From an uncultured Candidatus Saccharibacteria bacterium (GTDB taxonomy: Bacteria > Patescibacteriota > Dojkabacteria > J137), in assembly GCA_964414295.1 (NCBI GenBank), contig CAYPVU010000031.1:17885-81884 (forward strand): 64,000 bases of DNA. Reading direction: 5' to 3'. Below are positions 1 to 8,758 of this stretch, piece by piece (within the stretch, counting starts at the first letter, position 1; each line of letters opens with the position of its first letter). Both the position numbers and the translations under genes were made by a program. The notes beneath the pieces were generated by a model. That model made no database searches. It had not been told where the DNA came from and worked only from the letters and a program-made list of their open reading frames with translations.

Positions 1-117
1 AAGGAAATCGGATATTTCAGACTATCAGAACTTCAAAGCGTAAAAGGTGCTTTAGGTTTACCAATCGAAAGAGATATGTATTTCAAGCCTAAAACTCTTA
101 GAGAACTAATGGACTGA
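1..117 (+). CDS. DUF2958-family protein, C-terminal part (5' truncated by window)
   Basis: Frame 1 reads KEIGYFRLSELQSVKGALGLPIERDMYFKPKTLRELMD*, matching the E-x-G-Y-F-x-L-x-E-L...GL-x-IERD-x-x-F pattern of DUF2958. Confidence 0.75.
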   Translation, partial: KEIGYFRLSELQSVKGALGLPIERDMYFKPKTLRELMD

Positions 118-123
118 ATACAA

Positions 124-154
124 AAACCTTAGAGGGTTGCAAGGTTAAACCCTC
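124..154 (+). repeat. 31-nt structured intergenic repeat, copy 1
   Basis: aaaccttagagggttgcaaggttaaaccctc; 27/31 identical to 1026-1056. Confidence 0.85.
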
Positions 155-182
155 GCAATTTTAAATTATTACAAAAAACAAA

Positions 183-563
183 ATGATAACTACTTTACCC
201 CTTAGATGGATTGAAAAAATAAACCCTTACTACTATGAAAATTTAGAGGAAGGTGAAGAAATAATGTGGAATACATTATGGAATTTTAACGATTGCGAAT
301 GGTCAGAGGAAAACGCAAAGAAAGTCAGAAATTGCGGAATGATACCAGTTGATGTTGATGGATTGATTTTCTGTGCATTGTCGGGTTGTGGAATGGATTT
401 AACAGCAACAGTTATTTACACACAATACAAGCTAACAGGAACAATTGAATTTGATTATGCAAAATATATCAAAAATGAGCCTCAAGATTATGTTGAATAT
501 GTAATCGGGAAAAAGAAAAGAACCGAGTTACTTACTTATATAAATAATTATTTCTACCTATAA
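183..563 (+). CDS. Hypothetical protein (mobile-element type)
   Basis: 126-aa ORF with ATG after an A-rich leader; no family recognised. Confidence 0.7.
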   Translation: MITTLPLRWIEKINPYYYENLEEGEEIMWNTLWNFNDCEWSEENAKKVRNCGMIPVDVDGLIFCALSGCGMDLTATVIYTQYKLTGTIEFDYAKYIKNEPQDYVEYVIGKKKRTELLTYINNYFYL

Positions 564-564
564 A

Positions 565-747
565 ATGAAAAACTACTTAATTCTAAATCGCTTGTATAAA
601 TTCATCAGGGAAATAAACGAAAAAACATTTATCGGACTGATTGAAGGTGTAAGAGATGAAAAAGAAGCACTCAACAGAGCAAAAGCAAAATTCAAACTTG
701 GAAAGGCTGAACAGCTTATCGCAGAGGAGTGCTATATACAAGTATAA
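565..747 (+). CDS. Small hypothetical protein
   Basis: 60-aa ORF abutting the previous gene, followed by a hairpin. Confidence 0.55.
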   Translation: MKNYLILNRLYKFIREINEKTFIGLIEGVRDEKEALNRAKAKFKLGKAEQLIAEECYIQV

Positions 748-752
748 CAGGT

Positions 753-783
753 TAAGGGCGGAGGTCAAAAGCTTCCGCCCTTA
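753..783 (+). terminator. GC-rich hairpin after small ORF (terminator-like)
   Basis: taagggcggag-gtcaaaag-cttccgccctta stem; weak U-tract. Confidence 0.5.
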
Positions 784-818
784 TAAAACTATTAATTATA
801 AATTTATTAAATAACAAA

Positions 819-1019
819 ATGGACTATATAAAATACCCAATAGCAAAAACATTGATTGAATGTATTGAACACTTAGAAAAAGGCGGTGAACTATGGCAGG
901 AGTTAAGTACAACTCCCGAAGATGGCGAACTTGCTCAAATTGAAAATTATGATGAATTAATGGATTTAGTTGATTATGAGGAAGATGTTGAAGACTGGCA
1001 AATTCATCTAATAGATTAA
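819..1019 (+). CDS. Small acidic hypothetical protein
   Basis: 66-aa D/E-rich ORF. Confidence 0.6.
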   Translation: MDYIKYPIAKTLIECIEHLEKGGELWQELSTTPEDGELAQIENYDELMDLVDYEEDVEDWQIHLID

Positions 1020-1025
1020 TTTTGC

Positions 1026-1056
1026 AAACCTTTGAGGGTTAGAAGGTAAAACCCTC
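1026..1056 (+). repeat. 31-nt structured intergenic repeat, copy 2
   Basis: aaacctttgagggttagaaggtaaaaccctc; 27/31 identical to 124-154. Confidence 0.85.
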
Positions 1057-1156
1057 AAAATTTGAGCAGTTGAAACTTACTTTCTTTATCTCTAGCCGAA
1101 ATAAGAAAGTAAGCAAAGAAAGTTGGCTTTTGCTTTTACATCGATAGAAGAATAGT

Positions 1157-1188
1157 ATATTATTTGATAATAATATTTTGCATATAAT
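1157..1188 (+). promoter_or_regulatory. Promoter/operator of controller gene: 8-bp inverted repeat plus TATAAT -10 box
   Basis: atattatt-tgat-aataatat (1157-1176); TATAAT at 1183-1188, 6 nt before ATG 1195. Confidence 0.45.
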
Positions 1189-1194
1189 AGATTG

Positions 1195-1404
1195 ATGGTC
1201 ACTCTTGCAGAGAAAATCAGAACTAGACGTATTGAATTATCCCTGACACAGGAACAATTGGCTATAAAAGCTACAATTCCATACACTACATTATCGAAGA
1301 TTGAAAATGGATTTGTATTGAACCCAACAGTCAAAACACTTAAAAAAATTGCAAAAGCGTTAGAAGTTAATATAGAGGATTTGGTAAAACATGTACAAAT
1401 ATAA
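1195..1404 (+). CDS. XRE-family HTH regulator, probable R-M controller (C) protein
   Basis: LTQEQLA...TLSKIENG...NPTVKTLKKIAKALEV HTH_3 pattern; overlaps the first MTase gene. Confidence 0.85.
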   Translation: MVTLAEKIRTRRIELSLTQEQLAIKATIPYTTLSKIENGFVLNPTVKTLKKIAKALEVNIEDLVKHVQI

Positions 1405-3229
1405 ACCAGTTATAGCAGAACCACATACACCACCATACAAAATACATAAGTATTTTGCACGAAGACCATGGAATGTTTTCGAACAGTTGGTATGCGAGTT
1501 TGCTAAGGAAAATGAGATAGTATTAGATCCATTTTGCGGTGGTGGAGTAACTATATACGAAGGTATTAAAAATAATAGAAAAGTAATAGGCTTTGATTTA
1601 AATCCTTTATCAATATTCATAGTGGAAAACATGATAAAGGGGTATGATGATATTGCCAAAATCAAAGATATTTATAACTCATTAAATAAATATTTAATGA
1701 GTTTATACGAAAACCTAAAAGAATTTCAAATAGGAGAAAAAGATTTATTTGGAGAAAGAAATTCTCTTGAGTTATGGAATGAATTAACCTTTATCGTATC
1801 TTGCCCCGTTTGTGGTAAATCAACTCAGTTACTTAATAGTCAAAAAGTTAAAAATGGCTTTTACAAGTGTCAAAATGATAATTGCCCTTCTCATAATTCA
1901 AATGTAAATTATTTTCAAGCTAACAAAGCTAAAAGAATTGGAAGGAAATATCTACTAACTGTATACAAAGAATCAAGTAAAAAGAAGGTTGTTCCGTTTG
2001 ATATACATCGAGAAAAAGCATTCCAAAAACATGTTCAATGGTTAAAAAAACAAGTAAGCGATGCAGGTATAACAATACCACAGGAAATTATTCCGATGAA
2101 TTGGGATCGTCAATTCGAAGACACGTTAAGTAAAAAAGGAATACTATATTTCAAAGATTTCTTCACTGAGCGGAATTTATATATAAATCTTTTATTAAAA
2201 GAGAGAATTGATTCGGAACTAAGTGAAACAGAAAGAGATATTTTTAGGTTAATATTTAGTAGTTCGTTAAAAGATACAAATATTATGTCTTTCACAGTTG
2301 ACTCTTGGCAAGGAGGTAACCCAACTTCATGGTCAAAGCATGCTTATTGGATTCCGAATCAATTTTGTGAGACATCAATTATAGAAGCATTTAAGAATGC
2401 TTTTCAAAGGATGGTTGCATCAATAGAGTTTAACAATAGTCATAAAGTAAATGGAAGAAAGGTAAATACATTTGATGAGTTAAAAGGCGAATCAAATGTA
2501 CTCCTTTACAACACTTCAATTTCAAATGAAATCCCCGATTGTGTAATTGATGCAATTATTACTGATCCTCCCTACGGAAGCAATGTACAGTATTTAGAAC
2601 TTTCACATTTTTGGCATATTTGGAACTACGATTTATACAAAAACTCTAACCCTGAGTTTTCTAAAGAAGCCATATTCAATAGAAAGAAAAATTTTGATGG
2701 CTATAAGGACATTAAACAGTACGAAACAAACTTAGAATCAGTATTTAAAGAATGTTATAGAGTCCTGAAAAATGAACGATTCATGACGCTAACATTTAAC
2801 AATAAGGATATTGGAGCATGGCTTGCAATATTAATTGCTATTTTTAAATCTGGTTTTGAATTAGCAGAGAATGGTATCTACTTCCAAGATGGAGTTAAAA
2901 ACTATCGGCAAACATCACATACAAAGTCTAAAGGTTCTCCGTTTGGAGACTTCATATATGTCTTTGTTAAAAATACAAAACAACTCAAAACTAAGGAAAT
3001 TACGCAAAGTGAATTTGTTGATAGATTCCACAAACTTTTTGAGGAGTATGAAAATATAGAGATTGAAGGTACTGAGGAATTAAATCAAAATCTTATAAGG
3101 TTATTTAATAATCTCGTTCCATTAGTTTCTCAACTTGTTAAAACATTTGATAAACACAAAGAAGATCACAGTTTATATGAAATATTAAATAAAAAATATA
3201 TAGACAAACTCTATGATAAAAAGAATTAG
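1391..3229 (+). CDS. DNA amino-methyltransferase (alpha class) with Zn-ribbon insertion
   Basis: Motif I DPFCGGG near N-terminus, motif IV TDPPY; CPVC...CQNDNC. Confidence 0.9.
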   Translation: MYKYKPVIAEPHTPPYKIHKYFARRPWNVFEQLVCEFAKENEIVLDPFCGGGVTIYEGIKNNRKVIGFDLNPLSIFIVENMIKGYDDIAKIKDIYNSLNKYLMSLYENLKEFQIGEKDLFGERNSLELWNELTFIVSCPVCGKSTQLLNSQKVKNGFYKCQNDNCPSHNSNVNYFQANKAKRIGRKYLLTVYKESSKKKVVPFDIHREKAFQKHVQWLKKQVSDAGITIPQEIIPMNWDRQFEDTLSKKGILYFKDFFTERNLYINLLLKERIDSELSETERDIFRLIFSSSLKDTNIMSFTVDSWQGGNPTSWSKHAYWIPNQFCETSIIEAFKNAFQRMVASIEFNNSHKVNGRKVNTFDELKGESNVLLYNTSISNEIPDCVIDAIITDPPYGSNVQYLELSHFWHIWNYDLYKNSNPEFSKEAIFNRKKNFDGYKDIKQYETNLESVFKECYRVLKNERFMTLTFNNKDIGAWLAILIAIFKSGFELAENGIYFQDGVKNYRQTSHTKSKGSPFGDFIYVFVKNTKQLKTKEITQSEFVDRFHKLFEEYENIEIEGTEELNQNLIRLFNNLVPLVSQLVKTFDKHKEDHSLYEILNKKYIDKLYDKKN

Positions 3230-4541
3230 CAACACAATTAACATACTGGATATTGAAAAATATAATTCTCTAGTAAATGACTATTACAATGTAATCGATT
3301 CTTTATCAAAAAGATTCATAGTTACTGAAAACTATGAACTTGGGAAATTGGTGAATTTTAAAAGTAACTTAAAAGTTCCAAAGCACAATTGGTTCAATTA
3401 TAAACAAGGATATGCAAGCAGACTCGTTAAACAGATAATTGAATGGGAGAAAAAAAATCTAGTTGAAAATTCTGTCATTCTGGATCCGTTTTGTGGAGTT
3501 GGAACTACAAATTTAGAATCGCAAATTTTAGGTTACAGTTCTGTTGGTTATGATATCAATCCAATTGCCTTGTTAATTGCAAAAACGAAGACAACTTTCT
3601 ATACAAAACAAGAATTAGGAGATATCTTAGAAAAGATCAATAAATTTAAAATTGAAATAAATGATATTAAAAGACCTGAGATCCCTGAAGCCAAGGTCTT
3701 AATCAGCTCTTTTAGTCATGAGATTCTAGAAAACCTATTTAGAATCTTAAAATGGACTGAGCAAATTGAAGAAATAAAGACAAGAGACTTTTTTAAATTG
3801 GTTTTAATTTCAACAGTAGATCCATCGTCTTGTAGAGTGAAAGATGGAAATGGAATAAAGCTCTCTAAAACAAAAAAAGTAGTTGAAAATACTTTTGAGT
3901 TTTATTTCAATACTGCTATGCAATTCTATAAGGATATTGAAGAAATAAACTTAGATGTTCCTGTTTCAATAAACGAAGGATCATACTATAAGCATGAAGA
4001 TAATAATGATTTATATGATTTAATTATATATTCCCCTCCATACGCTAACTGCTTCGACTACTTTGAAGTGTATAAACTAGAAATGTGGGTTGCAGGATTT
4101 ATAAGTAAGTATAGTGACTTTGAGGCATACAGAAATTTAGCTATGAGGTCTCATGTCAATGCTAAATTTTCTCATGATTTTACTAATAATTATGCTGAGA
4201 TTAAGCTTATTTCTGATCTCATTCGAACTACTAATGTTTGGAATAAAAATATTCCTGATATGATAATGGGATATTTTGATGATATGTCTACAACACTAGA
4301 ACTTAATTATAAACAATTGAAAAAGGGTAAAAGATGTTACATTGTAGTTGCGAATTCTGGCTATCGTGGAATACTAGTGCCTACAGATTTATTACTTGCT
4401 AAGATTGCATCAAATTATGGATTTAAAATTGTTAATATTTTCCATACTAGAGATATTCGTTCTTCCTCGCAACAAATGAATATCTTAAAGAACGGGTACA
4501 ATAAATTGATGCGGGAGAGTATAATTGTTTTAGAAAAATAA
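3213..4541 (+). CDS. DNA methyltransferase, probable N4-cytosine (alpha class)
   Basis: Motif I DPFCGVG, motif IV SPPY. Confidence 0.9.
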   Translation: MIKRISNTINILDIEKYNSLVNDYYNVIDSLSKRFIVTENYELGKLVNFKSNLKVPKHNWFNYKQGYASRLVKQIIEWEKKNLVENSVILDPFCGVGTTNLESQILGYSSVGYDINPIALLIAKTKTTFYTKQELGDILEKINKFKIEINDIKRPEIPEAKVLISSFSHEILENLFRILKWTEQIEEIKTRDFFKLVLISTVDPSSCRVKDGNGIKLSKTKKVVENTFEFYFNTAMQFYKDIEEINLDVPVSINEGSYYKHEDNNDLYDLIIYSPPYANCFDYFEVYKLEMWVAGFISKYSDFEAYRNLAMRSHVNAKFSHDFTNNYAEIKLISDLIRTTNVWNKNIPDMIMGYFDDMSTTLELNYKQLKKGKRCYIVVANSGYRGILVPTDLLLAKIASNYGFKIVNIFHTRDIRSSSQQMNILKNGYNKLMRESIIVLEK

Positions 4542-7378
4542 TGAAATATCTAGAAATTTTAAAAAGAAGATTTAATTCGTGGAAAGAAGTTGAATCTATA
4601 ATCGAAGCATTACCTACAACATATGAAAAGGGGGAAGCCTTCGAGCAATTCGTATTTGCGTATTTATCATTAAATAAATCGCAATATCAAATAAAAGAGT
4701 TATATAGGTCTAAAGATATTCCTCTTACATTTTTAGAAAAATACCGTATAGAAAAAAAAGATAGTGGTGTTGACGGGTTTATCGTTTTTGAAGATGGCAA
4801 GGTTGCTGGATATCAAGTAAAATTCAGAGTAGATAGAAAAGTCCCATCATATGACGAATTAGCTAAGTTCTGGGTTGAATCTCAATATACAGACTATAAT
4901 TATATCGTTGCTAATTGTTATTATCTTACTGAACTAGCCCTCAAGAATCCAAAGCATTTAGCTATTTTAGTGGATACTTTCGATTCACTAACTGATGACT
5001 TTTTTGCTGAATTTCATTCACTAGCGAATTCTCAGGTTGTAAAAGAAAGAAACATTCTAAGACCTTACCCTTTCCAAATTAGGATGATAAATGACATTTT
5101 AGAAGGCTTCAAAAAGAATGATAGAGGTAAATTAATCGCAGCCTGTGGAACTGGTAAAACATTGACATCACTTTGGGTTGCAGAAAAGATTAAGGCAAGT
5201 AGCGTTCTTTTCATTGCTCCCAGCTTGGCTTTAATAAAACAGACACTTGAGAAATGGATGCAGAATTCCATAGTTCCTATTGATTATATCTGTGTTTGTA
5301 GCGATAAAACAGTAGTAAACGAGGATGAAGGAGATATTTTGGCAAGTGAAATTGGTGTGCCAGTAACAACAGATAAGAATGAATTAATAAAGTTCTTAAG
5401 TTCACCTAAGGCCCCCGAAAAATTAAAAGTTGTATTTTCCACATATCAGTCACTTGATGTTGTAAGTAATGCAAGTCTAGAACTAAAGAGTTATTCTTAT
5501 GATCTAGCGATATTTGACGAGGCACATAGAACAGCAGGTTCAAAAGATTCAAGTTTATTCTCTTTGGGATTAAACAATGATTTCATAAATATTCATAAAA
5601 GATTATTTATGACTGCTACCGAAAGACTTATCAAACCTTGGATTAAGAAAAAAGCTGAAGAAAACGAACGTATATTATTTTCTATGGATGATGAGAACCT
5701 CTATGGTCCAGTATTTCATAGATTTTCTTTTGGCGAAGCGATTAAAGAAAGTGTAATTTCAGACTATCGAGTAGTTGTCGCCTCTACAGATGAAAAGTCC
5801 CTTTTGGAAATGCTAAATAAAAACAATATTCTCGAAGTTATTAATAAAAATAACAGTTTAACAAACGCTCAAAATCTTTTTAAACAATTACTGTTGTTAA
5901 AATCTTTTCAGGAATTACCAATTAAAAAGACAATAACTTTCCATTCAAATGTTTTAAAGGCAAAAGAGTTTATCAATGGTGTAAATTCAAATGAACTTAC
6001 TTTTGCTGATTTAGTGAAAAGTCTCGGTAATTTCAACAATAGTTTTTTCTTGGATCATGTAAATGGAAGCATGTCTTCAGGGAAACGAAAAGAAATAATG
6101 CATAATTTTGAAATTTCTGAGTATGGTATTGTTTCTAATGCACGTTGTTTAACTGAAGGTGTTGATGTACCACTCATCGATAGTATATATTTTGTTAATC
6201 CAAAGACCTCAATTATTGACATAGTGCAAGCATGCGGAAGAGCATTAAGAAAAAACAATAACGATTCGAATAAAACTGCTTATTTCATCATACCTGTCAT
6301 TGTTAGTGAAAATAATAATGCAGGAGTTAATAGTGAAGAATTTGAGATGGTTTTTAATGTAATTCAGGCGTTAAGGGACCAAGATAGTAGAATGGCAGAA
6401 TGGATAGATACCTTAAACGATCATCTTGTAAAAGGAAAGGTGTCAAAATTTTCAAGTGGTAAAACTTCACCAATTTCAATAATTCTTCCAAAATCTATCA
6501 ATATAGATGACTTTTCTCGAAATTTGTTAATCCGAATCGCAGATGTAAACAAAAACCCAATTACTTTTTTAAAGACAAAGAGTTACGGTAAAAATGAAAG
6601 AAAAAGTCAATTTAAAAGAGTATTTAAAACAATAGGTGATATTTCTTACGATTCCTTTCAAAAGAATCTTGTTGATCCAACATTAGCAAGATTTAAAAAT
6701 GTTGATGAAATTGTTGAAACAGCTAAATTAGTAATAAACAATAATAATTTATCCCATACCGAACGACTTGGCTTATTGATTAGAGAAAATAAATATGCCT
6801 CACTGACTCCGTTGGGTAAGGCTTATTTTAGAGGGCAAATAAAGTTTATAGATCTGTTTAAGAGACAAATGCTTTATTATTTTAGTAAAGAAGAATTGGA
6901 TGGAAAGGAGATGATAATTTTTCCATACAGAACGACACTAAAAGTCCTCTTAGAAAAAGACTTTATAAGTTTTACCGACTTCGTATTTGGGATTTACTCG
7001 CTTAACAATAGTGAAAGTGATTTTGTCTATCAGTCAATAAATAGAATTAATACACTTAGAAGTAGATTCCCTAATATTGAACAATCTAATATTTCAAATC
7101 GAGAGAAACTTATTGTAGAGCTAAATAATCTATTTGAAACGAATTTTTCTATAACAGATTTATGGGAAAAGAAGACTACTATCAATAATCAGTTTATTTA
7201 CTTTAGAAATCACCTTAGTTTATTTGGAGATATGTTAGAAATTGATAATTCTAACAGAGTAATACGATTGCAAAAGGAAGGATATAATAATCTAAGGAAA
7301 ATAATAAACGATAGTAACATGATAGAAAGTTATACTAATATAAGTATTCTCCGTGAACAATACACAACCATAAATTGA
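4541..7378 (+). CDS. Restriction endonuclease-helicase: Mrr-like nuclease + SF2 helicase + C-terminal putative DNA-recognition domain
   Basis: GEAFEQF..DSGVDG..YQVK nuclease; ACGTGKT, DEAH, TAT, LTEGVDVP, DIVQACGRALR helicase motifs as in Type ISP enzymes; no MTase motifs. Confidence 0.85.
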   Translation: MKYLEILKRRFNSWKEVESIIEALPTTYEKGEAFEQFVFAYLSLNKSQYQIKELYRSKDIPLTFLEKYRIEKKDSGVDGFIVFEDGKVAGYQVKFRVDRKVPSYDELAKFWVESQYTDYNYIVANCYYLTELALKNPKHLAILVDTFDSLTDDFFAEFHSLANSQVVKERNILRPYPFQIRMINDILEGFKKNDRGKLIAACGTGKTLTSLWVAEKIKASSVLFIAPSLALIKQTLEKWMQNSIVPIDYICVCSDKTVVNEDEGDILASEIGVPVTTDKNELIKFLSSPKAPEKLKVVFSTYQSLDVVSNASLELKSYSYDLAIFDEAHRTAGSKDSSLFSLGLNNDFINIHKRLFMTATERLIKPWIKKKAEENERILFSMDDENLYGPVFHRFSFGEAIKESVISDYRVVVASTDEKSLLEMLNKNNILEVINKNNSLTNAQNLFKQLLLLKSFQELPIKKTITFHSNVLKAKEFINGVNSNELTFADLVKSLGNFNNSFFLDHVNGSMSSGKRKEIMHNFEISEYGIVSNARCLTEGVDVPLIDSIYFVNPKTSIIDIVQACGRALRKNNNDSNKTAYFIIPVIVSENNNAGVNSEEFEMVFNVIQALRDQDSRMAEWIDTLNDHLVKGKVSKFSSGKTSPISIILPKSINIDDFSRNLLIRIADVNKNPITFLKTKSYGKNERKSQFKRVFKTIGDISYDSFQKNLVDPTLARFKNVDEIVETAKLVINNNNLSHTERLGLLIRENKYASLTPLGKAYFRGQIKFIDLFKRQMLYYFSKEELDGKEMIIFPYRTTLKVLLEKDFISFTDFVFGIYSLNNSESDFVYQSINRINTLRSRFPNIEQSNISNREKLIVELNNLFETNFSITDLWEKKTTINNQFIYFRNHLSLFGDMLEIDNSNRVIRLQKEGYNNLRKIINDSNMIESYTNISILREQYTTIN

Positions 7379-7411
7379 TTTTTTTAGCGGAATTAATAAC
7401 AATTTGCTTTC

Positions 7412-7446
7412 TTGACGGTTTACGCTATATGCGGTAAAATTAACGC
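7412..7446 (+). promoter_or_regulatory. sigma70 promoter of lexA with overlapping imperfect palindrome
   Basis: TTGACG-17 nt-TAAAAT, ATG 6 nt later; GCGGTAAAATTAACGC at 7431-7446. Confidence 0.65.
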
Positions 7447-8091
7447 ATGTATAAAAGCGACTTAACACCAAAACAAAGAAATGTTCTCCTTGCAATTGAG
7501 CATTTGTTCAGGATTAATTCTGTTTCACCAACTCTTGAGGAAATTCGCCAGTATCTTAATTATAGTAATACCAGTTCAGTACAAAGGCACATTGAGCCAT
7601 TAATTAAAAAAGGGTATTTAAGAAATCAAGAAAATAAGTCTAGAAGCTTTGAAGTTATCAGCAGTAATATTGATTTAATTAACATTCCACTTGTTGGTAA
7701 TATTGCCTGTGGAATTCCTATCCATGCTGAAGAAAATATTGAAGCTTATATTCCATACCCTAAACAGGATACAAAGTATTCAGTTTCGGAACTATTTTTT
7801 CTCAGAGCTATTGGTGACAGTATGAACGATTATTGTATTAAAAACAAACCAATTCACGATGGGGATTTCGTTTTAATACATCAACAAAGTAATGCAGACT
7901 TAGGACAACCAGTTGTAGCTCTAGTTGGTGACGAAGCTACAATTAAGATTTTCAGTAAAGATACAAATCTTGGAGCTTATGTTTTAAAGCCAAAGTCTAA
8001 TAATCCTAAACATAAACCAATTTTAATATTTGATAATCTTTCAATACAAGGTGTTGCAGTAGATGTAATTAAACCTAAATTATTAAATTAA
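7447..8091 (+). CDS. lexA: LexA-family repressor (S24 peptidase)
   Basis: N-terminal wHTH (PTLEEI...SSVQRHI), IPLVGNIACG cleavage region, GDSM Ser and ATIK Lys. Confidence 0.9.
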   Translation: MYKSDLTPKQRNVLLAIEHLFRINSVSPTLEEIRQYLNYSNTSSVQRHIEPLIKKGYLRNQENKSRSFEVISSNIDLINIPLVGNIACGIPIHAEENIEAYIPYPKQDTKYSVSELFFLRAIGDSMNDYCIKNKPIHDGDFVLIHQQSNADLGQPVVALVGDEATIKIFSKDTNLGAYVLKPKSNNPKHKPILIFDNLSIQGVAVDVIKPKLLN

Positions 8092-8095
8092 TAAT

Positions 8096-8341
8096 ATGAA
8101 GAAAACTAATTATCATGTAATGAAGCATCCCGAAGGTGGGTGGCAAGGCAAAAAGGAAGGGAGCCAAAAGGCAACATTCAAGACCGAGACTAAAAAACAG
8201 GCTGAATTGAAGGCTAAAGCGATAGTTTCCAATCAGGGTGGTGGCGAAGTTAAATTACATGGAGTAAAAGGAAATATTTTGGATTCCGATACAGTTAAAC
8301 CCGCAAAAGATCCAAATCCTCCAAAGGATAAAGTTCATTAA
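8096..8341 (+). CDS. DUF2188-family protein
   Basis: YHVMKHPEGGWQGKKEG...TKKQA...EVKLHG..G.I...DPNPPKD. Confidence 0.85.
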   Translation: MKKTNYHVMKHPEGGWQGKKEGSQKATFKTETKKQAELKAKAIVSNQGGGEVKLHGVKGNILDSDTVKPAKDPNPPKDKVH

Positions 8342-8358
8342 TTTTTATTAGACTAAAT

Positions 8359-8712
8359 ATGATAGATTTTTTAGAAAACATTTCATTGATTCATTGGCTT
8401 ATTGGAATAATTATTGTATTAATCCCGATAGCTATTTACTTTATGAAATACATAATTCTACAAATTAAATTTGCTAGAAACTTGAGAAGGAAAATCTATT
8501 TTATAAAATTGAATGATAGTAAACCACTCACAACAGAAAGGACACTTATATCAAATACTCACCTATTCAATGTCGAAAAAGAGATATATTCGATTTCTAA
8601 TGATCCCAAAATATTACAATTAATGAATAAGCACAGTTTATTTGTTGTCGGATATGATAATGGTTATGAAAGAGATGAAGATTTACATAAACTTCTAACT
8701 AAGATTTATTAA
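8359..8712 (+). CDS. Hypothetical membrane-anchored protein
   Basis: N-terminal TM segment WLIGIIIVLIPIAIYFM. Confidence 0.6.
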   Translation: MIDFLENISLIHWLIGIIIVLIPIAIYFMKYIILQIKFARNLRRKIYFIKLNDSKPLTTERTLISNTHLFNVEKEIYSISNDPKILQLMNKHSLFVVGYDNGYERDEDLHKLLTKIY

Positions 8713-8758
8713 ATTTTACTGAACTGCTAGAATAGGTTAACTACTTGAAAGTAAAAAT

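Noticed and set aside
753-783. Loop GGUCAAAAGC resembles the twister ribozyme P4 loop
   Set aside because: No downstream GAG or pseudoknot partners and no P1/P2; treated as a plain hairpin.
124-1056. Repeats as CRISPR, attC or type III antitoxin array
   Set aside because: Only two copies ~900 nt apart, no spacers or cas genes, no GTTRRRY ends, not tandem.
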